This document shows, in pieces, positions 1 to 9,657 of a stretch of DNA of 63,254 nucleotides. Source of the stretch: a virus. Its lineage: Duplodnaviria > Caudoviricetes. The stretch is taken from IMG/VR virus record IMGVR_UViG_3300021403_000008, positions 1 through 63,254 of that record, one strand, 5' to 3'. How positions within the stretch are numbered: the first letter of the stretch is position 1; each line of letters starts with the position of its first letter. The notes under the pieces are model-generated. The model searched no databases. It saw nothing but the letters and a program-made list of their open reading frames with translations, and was not told where the DNA came from. A program made the position numbers and the translations under genes.

Positions 1-593
1 CGGTCAGCGGTAGTTATCTCAGCGCCCACTCTAGCGGGCTTGTCGTTCTTTCTGGATGTTCCGGGAGCCTTCTGGCTTGTACGCTCCTGGGCGGAAAGGG
101 AATCCCGGAACCGGATACCGGAGTCTATAACTGGAGCGGAGCACTTGAAGTAGTCGAAAGGTTCAAGTCCCATTTCGGTGATAGGTACTTCCTAGAAGTC
201 CAGCCTTTCTGGGAGCTGGAGCGCTCGTGCTTTATGAATCCGGCCTGTGAGGAACTGAGCCGGATGACCGGAGTGCCGCTAGTCGTTACCCATGATATCC
301 ATTACCCGCTCCCGGAGGACGCGGAGATGCAAGCTATTCTCCACGCGGTCCATCGCGGGAAGGCGAGTATTGATGACGCGCTCCGGGAATGGAATTATGA
401 GGTAGCGATGACCTTCCCGGACGGAGACGCTATACTCGGAGAGAAGCTAATGAAGACCGGCCTTAGCCGGGAAGCCTCGTGGGAGGCTATCCTGACTACG
501 GAGCGGATAGCCGGAATGTGTAAGGTAAAGCTACCGAAGGCCGAACGTCTCCGGTACCCAATATCCCAGCAGGACCTTCAGCCGTGGAGCTAG
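1..593 (+). CDS. dnaE: 3' part of the DnaE PHP-domain gene (duplicate of the 62294-63244 end)
   Basis: Translation nearly identical to C-terminus of 62294..63244 (PLVVTHDIHY PHP motif). Confidence 0.85.
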   Translation, partial: VSGSYLSAHSSGLVVLSGCSGSLLACTLLGGKGIPEPDTGVYNWSGALEVVERFKSHFGDRYFLEVQPFWELERSCFMNPACEELSRMTGVPLVVTHDIHYPLPEDAEMQAILHAVHRGKASIDDALREWNYEVAMTFPDGDAILGEKLMKTGLSREASWEAILTTERIAGMCKVKLPKAERLRYPISQQDLQPWS

Positions 594-603
594 CATGATG
601 TCA
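1..603. repeat. Terminal overlap copy A (circular assembly)
   Basis: Matches 62652-63254 with ~13 substitutions counted by eye. Confidence 0.95.
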
Positions 604-804
604 TTCGAGACTACCAAGGTCATTACCGGAGCCGAGAATACGATGACGGCCGGAGAGATAATCGCCGCTCTGGATGGCGTCGTATCGAATCACAAGCCGG
701 AATTCCGGGTCACCTGGAAAGGCCAGGTTAAGTCGGTAAAGATCGTCACGCTTACCGATGAAGCCGGAGACCATATCCGGGCCGACCGGAAGCACCTAGC
801 CTAA
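595..804 (+). CDS. Hypothetical protein
   Basis: 69 aa ORF packed between neighbours; TAATG overlap with next gene. Confidence 0.65.
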   Translation: MMSFETTKVITGAENTMTAGEIIAALDGVVSNHKPEFRVTWKGQVKSVKIVTLTDEAGDHIRADRKHLA

Positions 805-1028
805 TGGTAAGAGAATGCCAGATGTGTGGGCTAGAGCGGAGCGTCTGTAATCGGTACCGGCGAGATATCGCCTACGGCCGGAGCCTCGTCATCTTCCTAT
901 TCATGGAGGCCGTGTTCGGGTCCGCAATTATGTTCGCGGTAACGTCGCGAGCTTACGCCGCGCTATTCGTATTTGCCGTTGCCGCCTTTACGTCGATTGT
1001 CCTAGTAGTGAGGTCGCCATGGTCCTGA
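804..1028 (+). CDS. Small membrane protein
   Basis: CxxC near N-terminus and two hydrophobic segments; coupled to neighbours. Confidence 0.6.
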   Translation: MVRECQMCGLERSVCNRYRRDIAYGRSLVIFLFMEAVFGSAIMFAVTSRAYAALFVFAVAAFTSIVLVVRSPWS

Positions 1029-3328
1029 CTCTTCCCGCGACGGCTCCTGTCCCGGATATCCCAGCCGATGACCTCCTATGGGAATGGCTCCGGTACGGAT
1101 GGAACTTCCGTGGCTATAGCTCGCGGCCGGTAGCCGAGCAGAACTGGATCATTGACCGCGTCAAGTACGAAATGAATATGATCCTTGGAAAGGAACTGGC
1201 GGACTTCTTTCTATTCACGTCGGACGCTATCCGATGGGCGAAGGACAACGACGTAGCTATCGGACCCGGACGCGGCTCCACGGCCGCTAGCCTAGTCGCC
1301 TATACCACGCGGATTACCGAGGTCAACCCTTACAAGTACCCGTCTATGATCTTTGAGCGCTTCCTCGACGTTACCCGGCATGACCCTCCCGATATCGACG
1401 TGGACTGTTCGGACGAGGAACGCCACAAGGTCTATGAATACCTCGCCTGGAAGTATGGCGCTGAATGCGTCGGCCATATCGGCAACTTCATAAAGTACCG
1501 GGCTAAGAATTCCCTGGCTGACGTAGCGCGAGTCTACAACATTCCGCCATGGGCGAAAGACATCGTTGCTAACCTCGCGATTGAACGGAGCGGTGGAGAT
1601 AGCCGGGCAGACGCGACCCTAGGCGATACCTTTGATATGTTCCCGGCCGCGCAGGAAGTCCTCCGGCAGTTCCCGGACCTCGCGAAGGCGATTCGGCTAG
1701 AGGGTAACTATCGCGGGCTCTCGGTTCACGCCTGCGGGCTTATGGTAGCGAATTCGCCGCTTACCGGAGTATGCGCTATTTACTCCAGGGAAGGCGAGCA
1801 GATACTCAGCCTCGATAAGATTGACGCAGAGTATATCGACGCGCTGAAACTCGACTTCCTAGGGCTCTCGACTATGGGCGTGATTGCCCGGTGCCTCCGG
1901 ATGGCCGGCCTGACGCTAGCCGACCTATATGCCATCCCGGATACGGACCCGTCCGCTATCGAGGTATTCACCAAGGGTGACCTAGTCGGTATCTTCCAGT
2001 TCTCCGGCCGCGCGACCCGGCTAGTGAACCGGGACGTTAAGCCGCTGGACTTCTGGCATATTGTCTGTATCAATGCGCTGAGCCGTCCGGGTCCTCTGTT
2101 CTCCGGCCAGACGGCCGAATTCATCGAGGTACGGCATGGACGTAAGCGGCCGACTTCGCTTCACCCAATCGTAGATGAGATCACCAAGGATACTTACGGG
2201 CAGATGATCTTCCAGGAGCATATCCTTCGGTGCCTCCGGGAGATAGGCGACCTACAGTGGACTAACGTCCATCACATTCGCCGGATTATCGCTAAGAAGG
2301 CCGGGCAGGCAGCCTTCCAGCAATCGTTCGATGCCTTCGCGGAGGGAGCGGATAGGCTCCACGGGATTAAGCGCGAGCTAGCCGAGCAGATATGGCTCCG
2401 TCTCGTAACGTCCGGGACCTATGCGTTCAACGTCGCTCACGCCGTCTCGTATTCGATGCTAGCATTCTGGACGGCCTGGCTCAAGGTTCACTACCCGCTA
2501 GAGTTTTACGCGGCCTCTCTTCAGAAGGCGACGGACGCAGAGGACCAGTTCCGGCTTATGCGGGATGCTCTCTCCCACGGTATTGATATCAAGCCTCCGG
2601 ACCTCCATTGCTCCACGAGGACGTGGATACCAAACCACGTCCTCTCTGATATCCCGGAGCTTCGGCGCGGAGAGCTAATTGCCGGATGGCAGCAGGTGCC
2701 GAAGATCGGCCCGAAGCTAGCCGAGCGCATCGAGCATCACCTTTCCGTCGAGCCCGCGAATCAATGGACAGACCTTACCCGGATTCCCGGTATCGGTGAG
2801 AGTACGGTCGCGAGGCTAGGAGCCTTTGTAACGGCTAAGGACCCGTTCGGGCTCTACCGGACGGAGCGACGGCTTAAGGCTGTTAGCCGCTGGCTCAAGA
2901 CCCAGAAGGCGGTACCCTATCCGACTACGAACGGCGACAAGCTATCAGCCATGGTAGTCGAGGACTCGCGTCAGACCGGAGGCAGATGGAGGCGCGGACC
3001 TCTGGTGGTTTACGCGGGAGTAGTCCGGAGAGTTGAATACAAGGACATCGTAGAGGACGAGCACTCCCGGACGGGCAAGGAATATGAAGAGATACTCAAG
3101 GAAATCAAGAGGCCGGACCTCGTAAAGCGCGCCACCCTTCATATGTACGACACGAGCGATGAGGAAGTCTATGCGAGAATCAATCGGTGGAAATTCCCTG
3201 ACCTAGTCCGTACGCTAGAGACGATCAACATTAATCACGACGTTGTGATAATACTGGGGAACCGTATAGCCGGGTTTGGGACTCCAGTCCTCGTAAACAA
3301 GATATGGGTTGTAGACCCGGAAACGTAG
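1019..3328 (+). CDS. dnaE: DNA polymerase III alpha (DnaE), catalytic/fingers/HhH part lacking PHP
   Basis: GPGRGSTAASLVAY, FERFL, PDIDVD, KLDFLGL, RPGP, YAFNxAHAVSY motifs. Confidence 0.95.
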   Translation: MVLTLPATAPVPDIPADDLLWEWLRYGWNFRGYSSRPVAEQNWIIDRVKYEMNMILGKELADFFLFTSDAIRWAKDNDVAIGPGRGSTAASLVAYTTRITEVNPYKYPSMIFERFLDVTRHDPPDIDVDCSDEERHKVYEYLAWKYGAECVGHIGNFIKYRAKNSLADVARVYNIPPWAKDIVANLAIERSGGDSRADATLGDTFDMFPAAQEVLRQFPDLAKAIRLEGNYRGLSVHACGLMVANSPLTGVCAIYSREGEQILSLDKIDAEYIDALKLDFLGLSTMGVIARCLRMAGLTLADLYAIPDTDPSAIEVFTKGDLVGIFQFSGRATRLVNRDVKPLDFWHIVCINALSRPGPLFSGQTAEFIEVRHGRKRPTSLHPIVDEITKDTYGQMIFQEHILRCLREIGDLQWTNVHHIRRIIAKKAGQAAFQQSFDAFAEGADRLHGIKRELAEQIWLRLVTSGTYAFNVAHAVSYSMLAFWTAWLKVHYPLEFYAASLQKATDAEDQFRLMRDALSHGIDIKPPDLHCSTRTWIPNHVLSDIPELRRGELIAGWQQVPKIGPKLAERIEHHLSVEPANQWTDLTRIPGIGESTVARLGAFVTAKDPFGLYRTERRLKAVSRWLKTQKAVPYPTTNGDKLSAMVVEDSRQTGGRWRRGPLVVYAGVVRRVEYKDIVEDEHSRTGKEYEEILKEIKRPDLVKRATLHMYDTSDEEVYARINRWKFPDLVRTLETININHDVVIILGNRIAGFGTPVLVNKIWVVDPET

Positions 3329-3333
3329 GAGAC

Positions 3334-3612
3334 ATGACTACTGTCGCGGAAACGAGAAACGTGGAGAAAGTCTACGTGCCTTCGGCCGACGATATGGACC
3401 TGGAGACGTTCTGCCTCCACATGACCCATAGGCACGCCGACTCCCTAGGAGGACTCGCGGAGCTGGACCCGGAGCGGCTAGACAATTACCTGGAAGAATG
3501 CTACCGGAGCTTTCACGACAAGCTCCACGAGCTTCGGCCGGACGCCAGGGGTAACCTCGTCCAGACTCTGGGATATCGCGTATTCGATCACGAGCATAGG
3601 AGCCCGCGATGA
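3334..3612 (+). CDS. Hypothetical His-rich protein
   Basis: AGGAG RBS before ATG 3334. Confidence 0.6.
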   Translation: MTTVAETRNVEKVYVPSADDMDLETFCLHMTHRHADSLGGLAELDPERLDNYLEECYRSFHDKLHELRPDARGNLVQTLGYRVFDHEHRSPR

Positions 3613-3842
3613 GTGGCTATACGGACGAGAGCCTAGAGCGCGAACCGATGTACACGGCCGGTTTCACGGTGACCCTCCGGCTTCCGGAGCGGATAGCCCC
3701 TGAACAGGCGCGCCAAGAACTGCTCACGTGCGTATCGTTCGGAAGCCCGGAGGTATCGGCTCCGTGGGTCCTCCCGGACCCGGACGAACGCGCTACGCTG
3801 GCCTGTAAGGCTTCGGAGCTTCCGGAGGGTATACCGACCTAG
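3609..3842 (+). CDS. Hypothetical protein
   Basis: ATGA overlap, AGGAG RBS. Confidence 0.55.
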   Translation: MSGYTDESLEREPMYTAGFTVTLRLPERIAPEQARQELLTCVSFGSPEVSAPWVLPDPDERATLACKASELPEGIPT

Positions 3843-4105
3843 GCTAGAGGCCCTAGAAGTCCCGGAGCGGCCAGCGTAGCTCGCTCCGGCCCGGCCCGGA
3901 GCCCGGCTCCCGTCCGGGAACGTCCGGAATCCCATGTAATGCTCAGAGACCCTAGACCGGCTGGCGGAGGCCGGTCTAGGGTCGGCTCATAAGCTGGGGA
4001 GCTAGGAGCGAGTAATGTTCTGGTGGCTGAGGAAAGATAAGCAGACCGACTACATAGGCATTCACCGGAGTGGGGGAGGTCCCGGCCGCCATCGGGCCGA
4101 CCCAC

Positions 4106-4759
4106 TCACAAACGAGGACCCGGCTCCGGAACCAGAGGATCAGGATGGGTGGCACTACGCTGGATCATCTGGCGATAGTCTCCTGCTTGAGCCCGTGGAG
4201 TCTCTTGATCCGGAATATCAGTATCCGGCTTCACCCAGACGCCACGGAACGGACGGCGATAACGACACGCCCAGCTATAGGGCTTGACCGCCGCATACGC
4301 GGAGATTAGCACGGCTCCCGGCCGCATCGCGAGCATAACGGAATGCTCCCATGCGGCTTCCACCTCATCGTCCTTAAACGGCCGGGAGAGATAGACGATA
4401 TCGAATTTGTCCCAGGGAGGGACTTCTGTCCGAAGGTCGCATTTCTCAGCACGGACTCCGAGCGCTCGCGACTGCTCTAGGTACTCGTCCGATATCTCAT
4501 AGCCCATCTCTTCCATGAGATAGTACTTCCGGGCTAGATAGAGCTTGGTTCCTATTCCGGACCCGGCCTCGCCGTACCGGAGACGGCTATTGTCCGGGCT
4601 CATAGCCCAGGCCCGCGCGACGTGGAGCATCCGGTCAAACTCTAGAAGCTCCAGCGGGCTCCAGCGCCACAGGTCCGGGTCCGGAGCGGAACCAGACTCC
4701 TGGACTAGAGCGGCTAGCTCCATATGCCAGAGAGCCTCGATGGTTAGAAGGTCCGCCAC
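4106..4759 (-). CDS. Class I SAM-dependent methyltransferase
   Basis: EAGSGIG motif I, acidic residue after beta2 (GYEI), DIVYLSRPF, MRPGAVLI. Confidence 0.75.
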   Translation of the reverse strand: MADLLTIEALWHMELAALVQESGSAPDPDLWRWSPLELLEFDRMLHVARAWAMSPDNSRLRYGEAGSGIGTKLYLARKYYLMEEMGYEISDEYLEQSRALGVRAEKCDLRTEVPPWDKFDIVYLSRPFKDDEVEAAWEHSVMLAMRPGAVLISAYAAVKPYSWACRYRRPFRGVWVKPDTDIPDQETPRAQAGDYRQMIQRSATHPDPLVPEPGPRL

Positions 4760-4917
4760 TAGTTTGCCTCTAGGGTGACGGCCTCGATATACGCGACATC
4801 CGTAGTGCCATCTTCGGCAGTGTACCGGACCTCTCCGGCTTCGCGGATATCATCCGCGACGGAGGCCGCGCGCTCCGGGTCATCGTAGTCCCGGAGCTTC
4901 AGCGTAATGGTCGTCAT
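4759..4917 (-). CDS. Hypothetical 52 aa protein
   Basis: Translated by hand (MTTITLKLRDYDD...); fills the gap between lysin and methyltransferase. Confidence 0.55.
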   Translation of the reverse strand: MTTITLKLRDYDDPERAASVADDIREAGEVRYTAEDGTTDVAYIEAVTLEAN

Positions 4918-4919
4918 GG

Positions 4920-5729
4920 CTACTTCGCCGGCCACTTCTTATCGGTCCAGGTCCAGCCGCTAGCACCCTTGGCCTGGGTGTACGTACAGAACTTGCCCGA
5001 TGCGTTGGTGTAGCTGACGACCTTGAGGCCGCTGGCCGGGTCGATGGCGATACCCGCGCCACTCTTGGCGTTAGAGCCAGCGATGGCCCCACCATTGACG
5101 CACACCTTCCCGCTGGGGTCGATGTAGGCGAAGTACTGCTTGCCTTCATAAAACGCGACGGCTGCCGCCATGAGTCCTCCTGAATCGGATGGAGGCGTTG
5201 AGCCGCCTCCGGAGCTTCCGCCTTTGGCGCGCTTGATGACCTCGTCCATCGGGAAGCCGGAGCCGCAGTCGTGGTGCCCGGAACCCATTGAGCCGAAGTT
5301 GACGTGCTGGCAGATTCCCTTGACCGTCCCGGACTGCGCCTGGGAATTGCTGAGCTTGGTATAGGGAATCTTGTACTTGTCGCACATGTAGCGGAGCCAG
5401 TCCGCCGCGTTGTTGAGTAGGACGTTCTTGCCCATCCACGTCGATGTCGACCACGAGGCGTAGGCGCACATCTCCAGGGAGAGGCAGTAGTTGTTCGCGT
5501 TCCCCTGAGTCCACGCCTTGTGGTTCTCATAGACGTAGGCTCCCAGGAGCCCGGCCGACGTATTGTCCGCTCCGTGATGGGACGAGCATCCGGCCGAAGG
5601 ATTGGCGAACCACGAGCCCAGGGACTCGATTGTCATCGCGCCTTCCGTCGTGTGGAACGCAATGACGTTGTACGGACCTCGCGAGGACGAGTAGTGAGGC
5701 GACGGCATCCACTTCTCTTTGATCGCCAT
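4920..5729 (-). CDS. Endolysin, N-acetylmuramoyl-L-alanine amidase (Amidase_2-like)
   Basis: IAFHTTEG, SSHH, KAWTQGNAN, LEMC, HHDCG motifs; Gly/Ser linker and C-terminal domain. Confidence 0.9.
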   Translation of the reverse strand: MAIKEKWMPSPHYSSSRGPYNVIAFHTTEGAMTIESLGSWFANPSAGCSSHHGADNTSAGLLGAYVYENHKAWTQGNANNYCLSLEMCAYASWSTSTWMGKNVLLNNAADWLRYMCDKYKIPYTKLSNSQAQSGTVKGICQHVNFGSMGSGHHDCGSGFPMDEVIKRAKGGSSGGGSTPPSDSGGLMAAAVAFYEGKQYFAYIDPSGKVCVNGGAIAGSNAKSGAGIAIDPASGLKVVSYTNASGKFCTYTQAKGASGWTWTDKKWPAK

Positions 5730-6211
5730 TACTCCGGGACCTCCTCAGGGTCATCCGGCGACTCGTCCGGCGCTTCCTCGTCCGGGTCACCGACCGGATC
5801 ATCGTGGTGTTCGTTGCGCCACTCTTCCAGGAAGGCCCGGTAACCGGCGAGACGTTCCCGTACCGAGCCAGGAGCTGGTTTCTCCGACCATCCCCACGGC
5901 TCCGTCGCTAGGTCGGCCTCCGGCTCCGTCTCGTCCGGTCCTTCCTCGTCTAGGACGGCCTCTCCGCTGTCCAGCTCCGCTTGGTCAACGATCTCACCGA
6001 ACCGGACGCGGCGAGCGTGCCGCCGCTCTCGCCTTTCCTCCCTCCGCTCCACTCGCTCTTCATGGCGGGACTCGGCTCCCTCCACTACTTCCTTGAAACT
6101 AACCATTGAGCACCTCCTATCCGTAATCCTACTCCGATGGCGGTTCCGGCTTATCTGGAGGCCGCTTACTCCGGTTAAGGCCGATATACGCACCCAGGAG
6201 CCCGGTAACAC
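5729..6211 (-). CDS. Acidic hypothetical protein (true start probably ~6106)
   Basis: Coupled to lysin by TAATG; AGGAGG RBS near 6113-6118. Confidence 0.55.
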   Translation of the reverse strand: MLPGSWVRISALTGVSGLQISRNRHRSRITDRRCSMVSFKEVVEGAESRHEERVERREERRERRHARRVRFGEIVDQAELDSGEAVLDEEGPDETEPEADLATEPWGWSEKPAPGSVRERLAGYRAFLEEWRNEHHDDPVGDPDEEAPDESPDDPEEVPE

Positions 6212-6392
6212 CTCCGGTCCCGGCTATGAGCACCTGGGTCGCATTCTCCGAGAGCTTGACCTGAGGGAAACTCCCGTGGGTTATCTGAATGGCGCTAACG
6301 ACTAGGATCAGGAGAATGGTGATCCCAAGGGAAAGCGCGAGGATCATCGCCACCCAGTCGACAGCGCTCCATTCCTTCGGCTGTTTATCCAT
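6129..6392 (-). CDS. Holin-like two-TM protein
   Basis: Two hydrophobic helices, basic C-terminus, upstream of lysin. Confidence 0.6.
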   Translation of the reverse strand: MDKQPKEWSAVDWVAMILALSLGITILLILVVSAIQITHGSFPQVKLSENATQVLIAGTGGVTGLLGAYIGLNRSKRPPDKPEPPSE

Positions 6393-6630
6393 GGGCTCCG
6401 TTCCTTTCCCTTGCCTCCGCTGCGAGCTTCGCGGCTTTCCTCTCGATACGCCAGTGCTCTAGCATCCCTCCGGCGATAGAGAGCAAGCCGGTCCAGATAG
6501 TCGAGAGCGTATCCTTCACGTCATCCGGTATCTTCATAATCGGATGGAACCGGATAATGAAGAACACGGACACAGTTGCGACGATAGCCCCAGCCGCCGC
6601 TCCGATAACCGGCCTTGGAATTCCCCACAT
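6385..6630 (-). CDS. Membrane protein (holin-like)
   Basis: Two hydrophobic segments in lysis region. Confidence 0.55.
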   Translation of the reverse strand: MWGIPRPVIGAAAGAIVATVSVFFIIRFHPIMKIPDDVKDTLSTIWTGLLSIAGGMLEHWRIERKAAKLAAEARERNGAHG

Positions 6631-6636
6631 ATTCCC

Positions 6637-7473
6637 TCACGATTGAATGAAGCCTGCCTGATCGTCTAGCGGATACCGGCCCATGATTCCAATCTGTGTC
6701 GAGGCTAGCGAGTTTGGCACATAGTTGAAGTTGATGTTGCCGCCGGGATTGATGCTGAGAATCGGAGAGGCCGCTCCATCCGCTACGTCAGTAACGAGGA
6801 ACCTCTGAGCGGCAATCGGCCGGTAGTTCGGCGGGAAGGTAAAGAAGGTCACGTTGTTCATGTTGCCGGTGACGTTGTTGGTCTGGACCTTTCCTGCTAT
6901 CTCGACGTACTTAAGGTCACTAGCAAATCGGTACTGTGGCGGAGTCATACCCGCGACGGTACCAGCCCAGTTCGCAGCCGAGAGCGGTCGCATGTCGTGC
7001 CATTGATCGTTGCTTAGCCTCCGGTCATCGATGAGCCCGGTGAGCGCTCCGGCCGACGTAGAAGTCCAGTGGGATACCGGGAGGTCCCAGATACCAGTAG
7101 GAGTCTGTACGATCGGAGGGAGGACCGGCGAAGCTCCGGGAGTCCCGGTGATGATCGTCGGCGCAATGACGGTCGCGGACGAGGCCGCGCCTCGCGTATA
7201 CCGGAGGACGAGCCGGTCAATCCGGTTGGACGCGGACGCGGCCGGAATGGGGGTTGAGACCGGAGCGTCGCAGCGCCACAACTGGCCTTTGATAACGGAC
7301 ACGCCGTCCGCGATTACCGCGTTGCGGCCTCCGGTATCGAGGGAGGGAACCATGGCGCTGCCAATCGAGCCGTCGATGGCATTGAGAAGGCCCGAAACGG
7401 AGCAGAAGTATTCCCACTCAGCCGTTGTCGTTAGCTGAGTAAAGGCGGAAGGCCGCGCGTCGTACGTTACCAT
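6637..7473 (-). CDS. Minor tail protein
   Basis: NRIDRLVLR...WDLPV...DDR baseplate-type motif; FTFPPNYRP; position after Gp37-like gene. Confidence 0.8.
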   Translation of the reverse strand: MVTYDARPSAFTQLTTTAEWEYFCSVSGLLNAIDGSIGSAMVPSLDTGGRNAVIADGVSVIKGQLWRCDAPVSTPIPAASASNRIDRLVLRYTRGAASSATVIAPTIITGTPGASPVLPPIVQTPTGIWDLPVSHWTSTSAGALTGLIDDRRLSNDQWHDMRPLSAANWAGTVAGMTPPQYRFASDLKYVEIAGKVQTNNVTGNMNNVTFFTFPPNYRPIAAQRFLVTDVADGAASPILSINPGGNINFNYVPNSLASTQIGIMGRYPLDDQAGFIQS

Positions 7474-7480
7474 GACTCTC

Positions 7481-8767
7481 CTACTTAGTTGCGAGCTTCT
7501 TTTCAACTGCCTTTATCCGGGCCGTGAGCTGCCCTATTGCGGTTAGGTCCGTAGCCGTCGCGTTAGCCGAATTCCCAATCGTCGGCACAACGGATATCTC
7601 CGGAGTCTGAGACGGGTCAGCCGTTAGCGTCACTCCGGTCACGACATCATTGTAGGTAACTCCCGGCCGGACTTCTACCGTCACGATATCGCCAAGATGG
7701 TAATCCCGGCCGAACGTCAGGAATGGGATATCGGTTGCGGTCACATTCATCGTTGGCCCGGCCGCTCCCGTCGCTATCGCCTGCTGGGCTGCGGTCGCGA
7801 GATTATTCGCATCCGTCTCCGAGGAATCGTCAATGAAGTTCTCCGTTAGATTCCACTGCGTCCGGTTAGTCGCCGTCCTCGATACAAAGTTGGTAGAGGT
7901 CCCCTGGACCAATGCGTCGGTTACGGTCGGGTCCGTTAGGGAAAGGCTGATAGCCGTAAGGTTACCTAGGCTCTCGGAGAACCAAGCCTTGCCGGAGAGG
8001 TCCCGTGGGACGTATACGTCAAAGATCATCCGGTGAGTCGATGGAACGCGAACGATAGAGACGCCCATAGCCGTCCCTGACTGAGCGATGAGAGCCCTAA
8101 TCACGTCGAGTAGGTTCAGGTCTACCCCGGAGCCGAACTTGACTGTATAGGACACGTTAGGGCCTCGCGTAAGGTTCGGCCCGATATCGAGCAGGTTATG
8201 CCTTCTGGCCGCGAGCGCTCCGGGTCCTAGGTTCCGGTTCACATAGTATTTGATCGCCGTCTCTAGCGGCTGAGCCGATACCGCATCGGTAGCTGCGGCC
8301 GTCTGCGAGGCCCACGCTACGGTCGGGTTGGGATAGGCAATCCGGTTCGCGACTAGCGCAAGGTAATCGCCTCCGGTCAGCGTAATGAATGGACCGGCGA
8401 ACTGGCCCTGTCCTCCGAACGAGCCCGGTATTGAATCGGAGTACTGAGGCTGTTCGCATTTCCCGCCGAAGGTAAAGAGGCCGCGCCAGTTCACATTGAC
8501 GAGGAAGTCTCCGGCCATCATGATATTCCAGAGCATGTCCGAATAGGGAACGAGGATAGTCCACGAGCCGACCGCATTGTAATAGAGCTGAGCCGATATG
8601 CTTATAAACTGAACGACTCCCTGGCTTACAAGATTGCTATTTAGTATCTCAACGAATATCTCATCGGAGGACCCGGCCGAAGGCGGCACAAAAGGAATTC
8701 CCGGCAGGAGGGTACCATCTCCACGGGTATAGTGCCGGGAGAAAGCGCTAACGGGAAGGACGGCCAT
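7481..8767 (-). CDS. Minor tail/baseplate hub protein (siphovirus Gp37-like)
   Basis: YNAVGSWTI and FGRDYHLGDIVTV motifs; follows Dit. Confidence 0.85.
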   Translation of the reverse strand: MAVLPVSAFSRHYTRGDGTLLPGIPFVPPSAGSSDEIFVEILNSNLVSQGVVQFISISAQLYYNAVGSWTILVPYSDMLWNIMMAGDFLVNVNWRGLFTFGGKCEQPQYSDSIPGSFGGQGQFAGPFITLTGGDYLALVANRIAYPNPTVAWASQTAAATDAVSAQPLETAIKYYVNRNLGPGALAARRHNLLDIGPNLTRGPNVSYTVKFGSGVDLNLLDVIRALIAQSGTAMGVSIVRVPSTHRMIFDVYVPRDLSGKAWFSESLGNLTAISLSLTDPTVTDALVQGTSTNFVSRTATNRTQWNLTENFIDDSSETDANNLATAAQQAIATGAAGPTMNVTATDIPFLTFGRDYHLGDIVTVEVRPGVTYNDVVTGVTLTADPSQTPEISVVPTIGNSANATATDLTAIGQLTARIKAVEKKLATK

Positions 8768-9657
8768 TATGCGCGGCTCCATCTAGCGGTCCAGGACAAT
8801 GTTACGGAAGTCGCGAGCGAGCTTCCGGCCATAGCAATACTCACCTGGTTATCTCCACCCATTAGGCCCCATAGGTCCCGGAGGGAAGAGAGTACAAGCG
8901 AGTCCCATATATTGGTCGCGGTCGTGACGTTATAGGCCATCTGCGTTCCGGGCTTAGTCTGAACCTGGACTACCTGCCCGGCCGGTACCGGCGCGTTGAG
9001 AGACCACTTCCGGCCCGTAGTTAGGTTCTGCATCGTGGGCGTACCGGGTCCGGTGATATTCCATATCGGATAGGCCGGAGCCGTCCCGGTATTCGTGATA
9101 ATGACGGAGCCGGTAACGGACCCGGCCGCGAGCCGTACAGGAAGCAGCGGGAGAATACCGGCCGCGTTGCTTATCGCAAAGGTCATCGAGCGCTGGTTCT
9201 GATCCGACCAGTACGGGTCCGGAGTCTGGAGCGTTAGCGCGTATACTGTATGATGAATTCCAACGTCCGGAGTATTGAGCCCGGAGGTCACATAGACGGC
9301 TATCTGCCGCGAGGTACCGTCCGGCCGCTCAATGACTAGGTATCCGGGAGCCGGAGCCTCTTTCCTCCGCGTCAGGAAAGCCCGCACGACCCTATCCAGG
9401 AGCTTGTAGTAATCGTTCTGGGTCCCGCCAATAGGAGTCCCTACAATGACGCCAAGCGCTATCGTTCCCGGCTGCGGAATGTATACGTCGGTAAAGGCCG
9501 TGCCGTCTAGGAGCGGGAGCGTCTGAATGGATACCGGGAGTCCTTCTATCCCGGCTATCCCGGTACACGCATACCCATTCGCCATCGTAAGGTCCGAAAG
9601 GTTCCAGTATCCTCCGTCCGGGTCCAGGTATCCAATCTGGAGCGGAGTAGTTGTCAT
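8767..9657 (-). CDS. Distal tail protein (Dit)
   Basis: LQTPDPYW, NTGTAPAYPIWNITGP, LMGGDNQV; directly after tape measure. Confidence 0.85.
   Translation of the reverse strand: MTTTPLQIGYLDPDGGYWNLSDLTMANGYACTGIAGIEGLPVSIQTLPLLDGTAFTDVYIPQPGTIALGVIVGTPIGGTQNDYYKLLDRVVRAFLTRRKEAPAPGYLVIERPDGTSRQIAVYVTSGLNTPDVGIHHTVYALTLQTPDPYWSDQNQRSMTFAISNAAGILPLLPVRLAAGSVTGSVIITNTGTAPAYPIWNITGPGTPTMQNLTTGRKWSLNAPVPAGQVVQVQTKPGTQMAYNVTTATNIWDSLVLSSLRDLWGLMGGDNQVSIAMAGSSLATSVTLSWTARWSRA

Noticed and set aside
158-175. GGTTCAAGTCC resembling a tRNA T-loop
   Set aside because: Inside the PHP coding sequence with no cloverleaf
1-603. Imperfect repeat pair as a diversity-generating retroelement TR/VR
   Set aside because: Differences are not adenine-specific and are mostly synonymous; no reverse transcriptase is present; the copies sit at the contig ends
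582-1028. PWS-stop ending shared by the PHP ORF and ORF 804..1028 as a ribosomal bypass signal
   Set aside because: Codons differ, the second PWS is out of frame with DnaE, and DnaE has its own RBS and ATG
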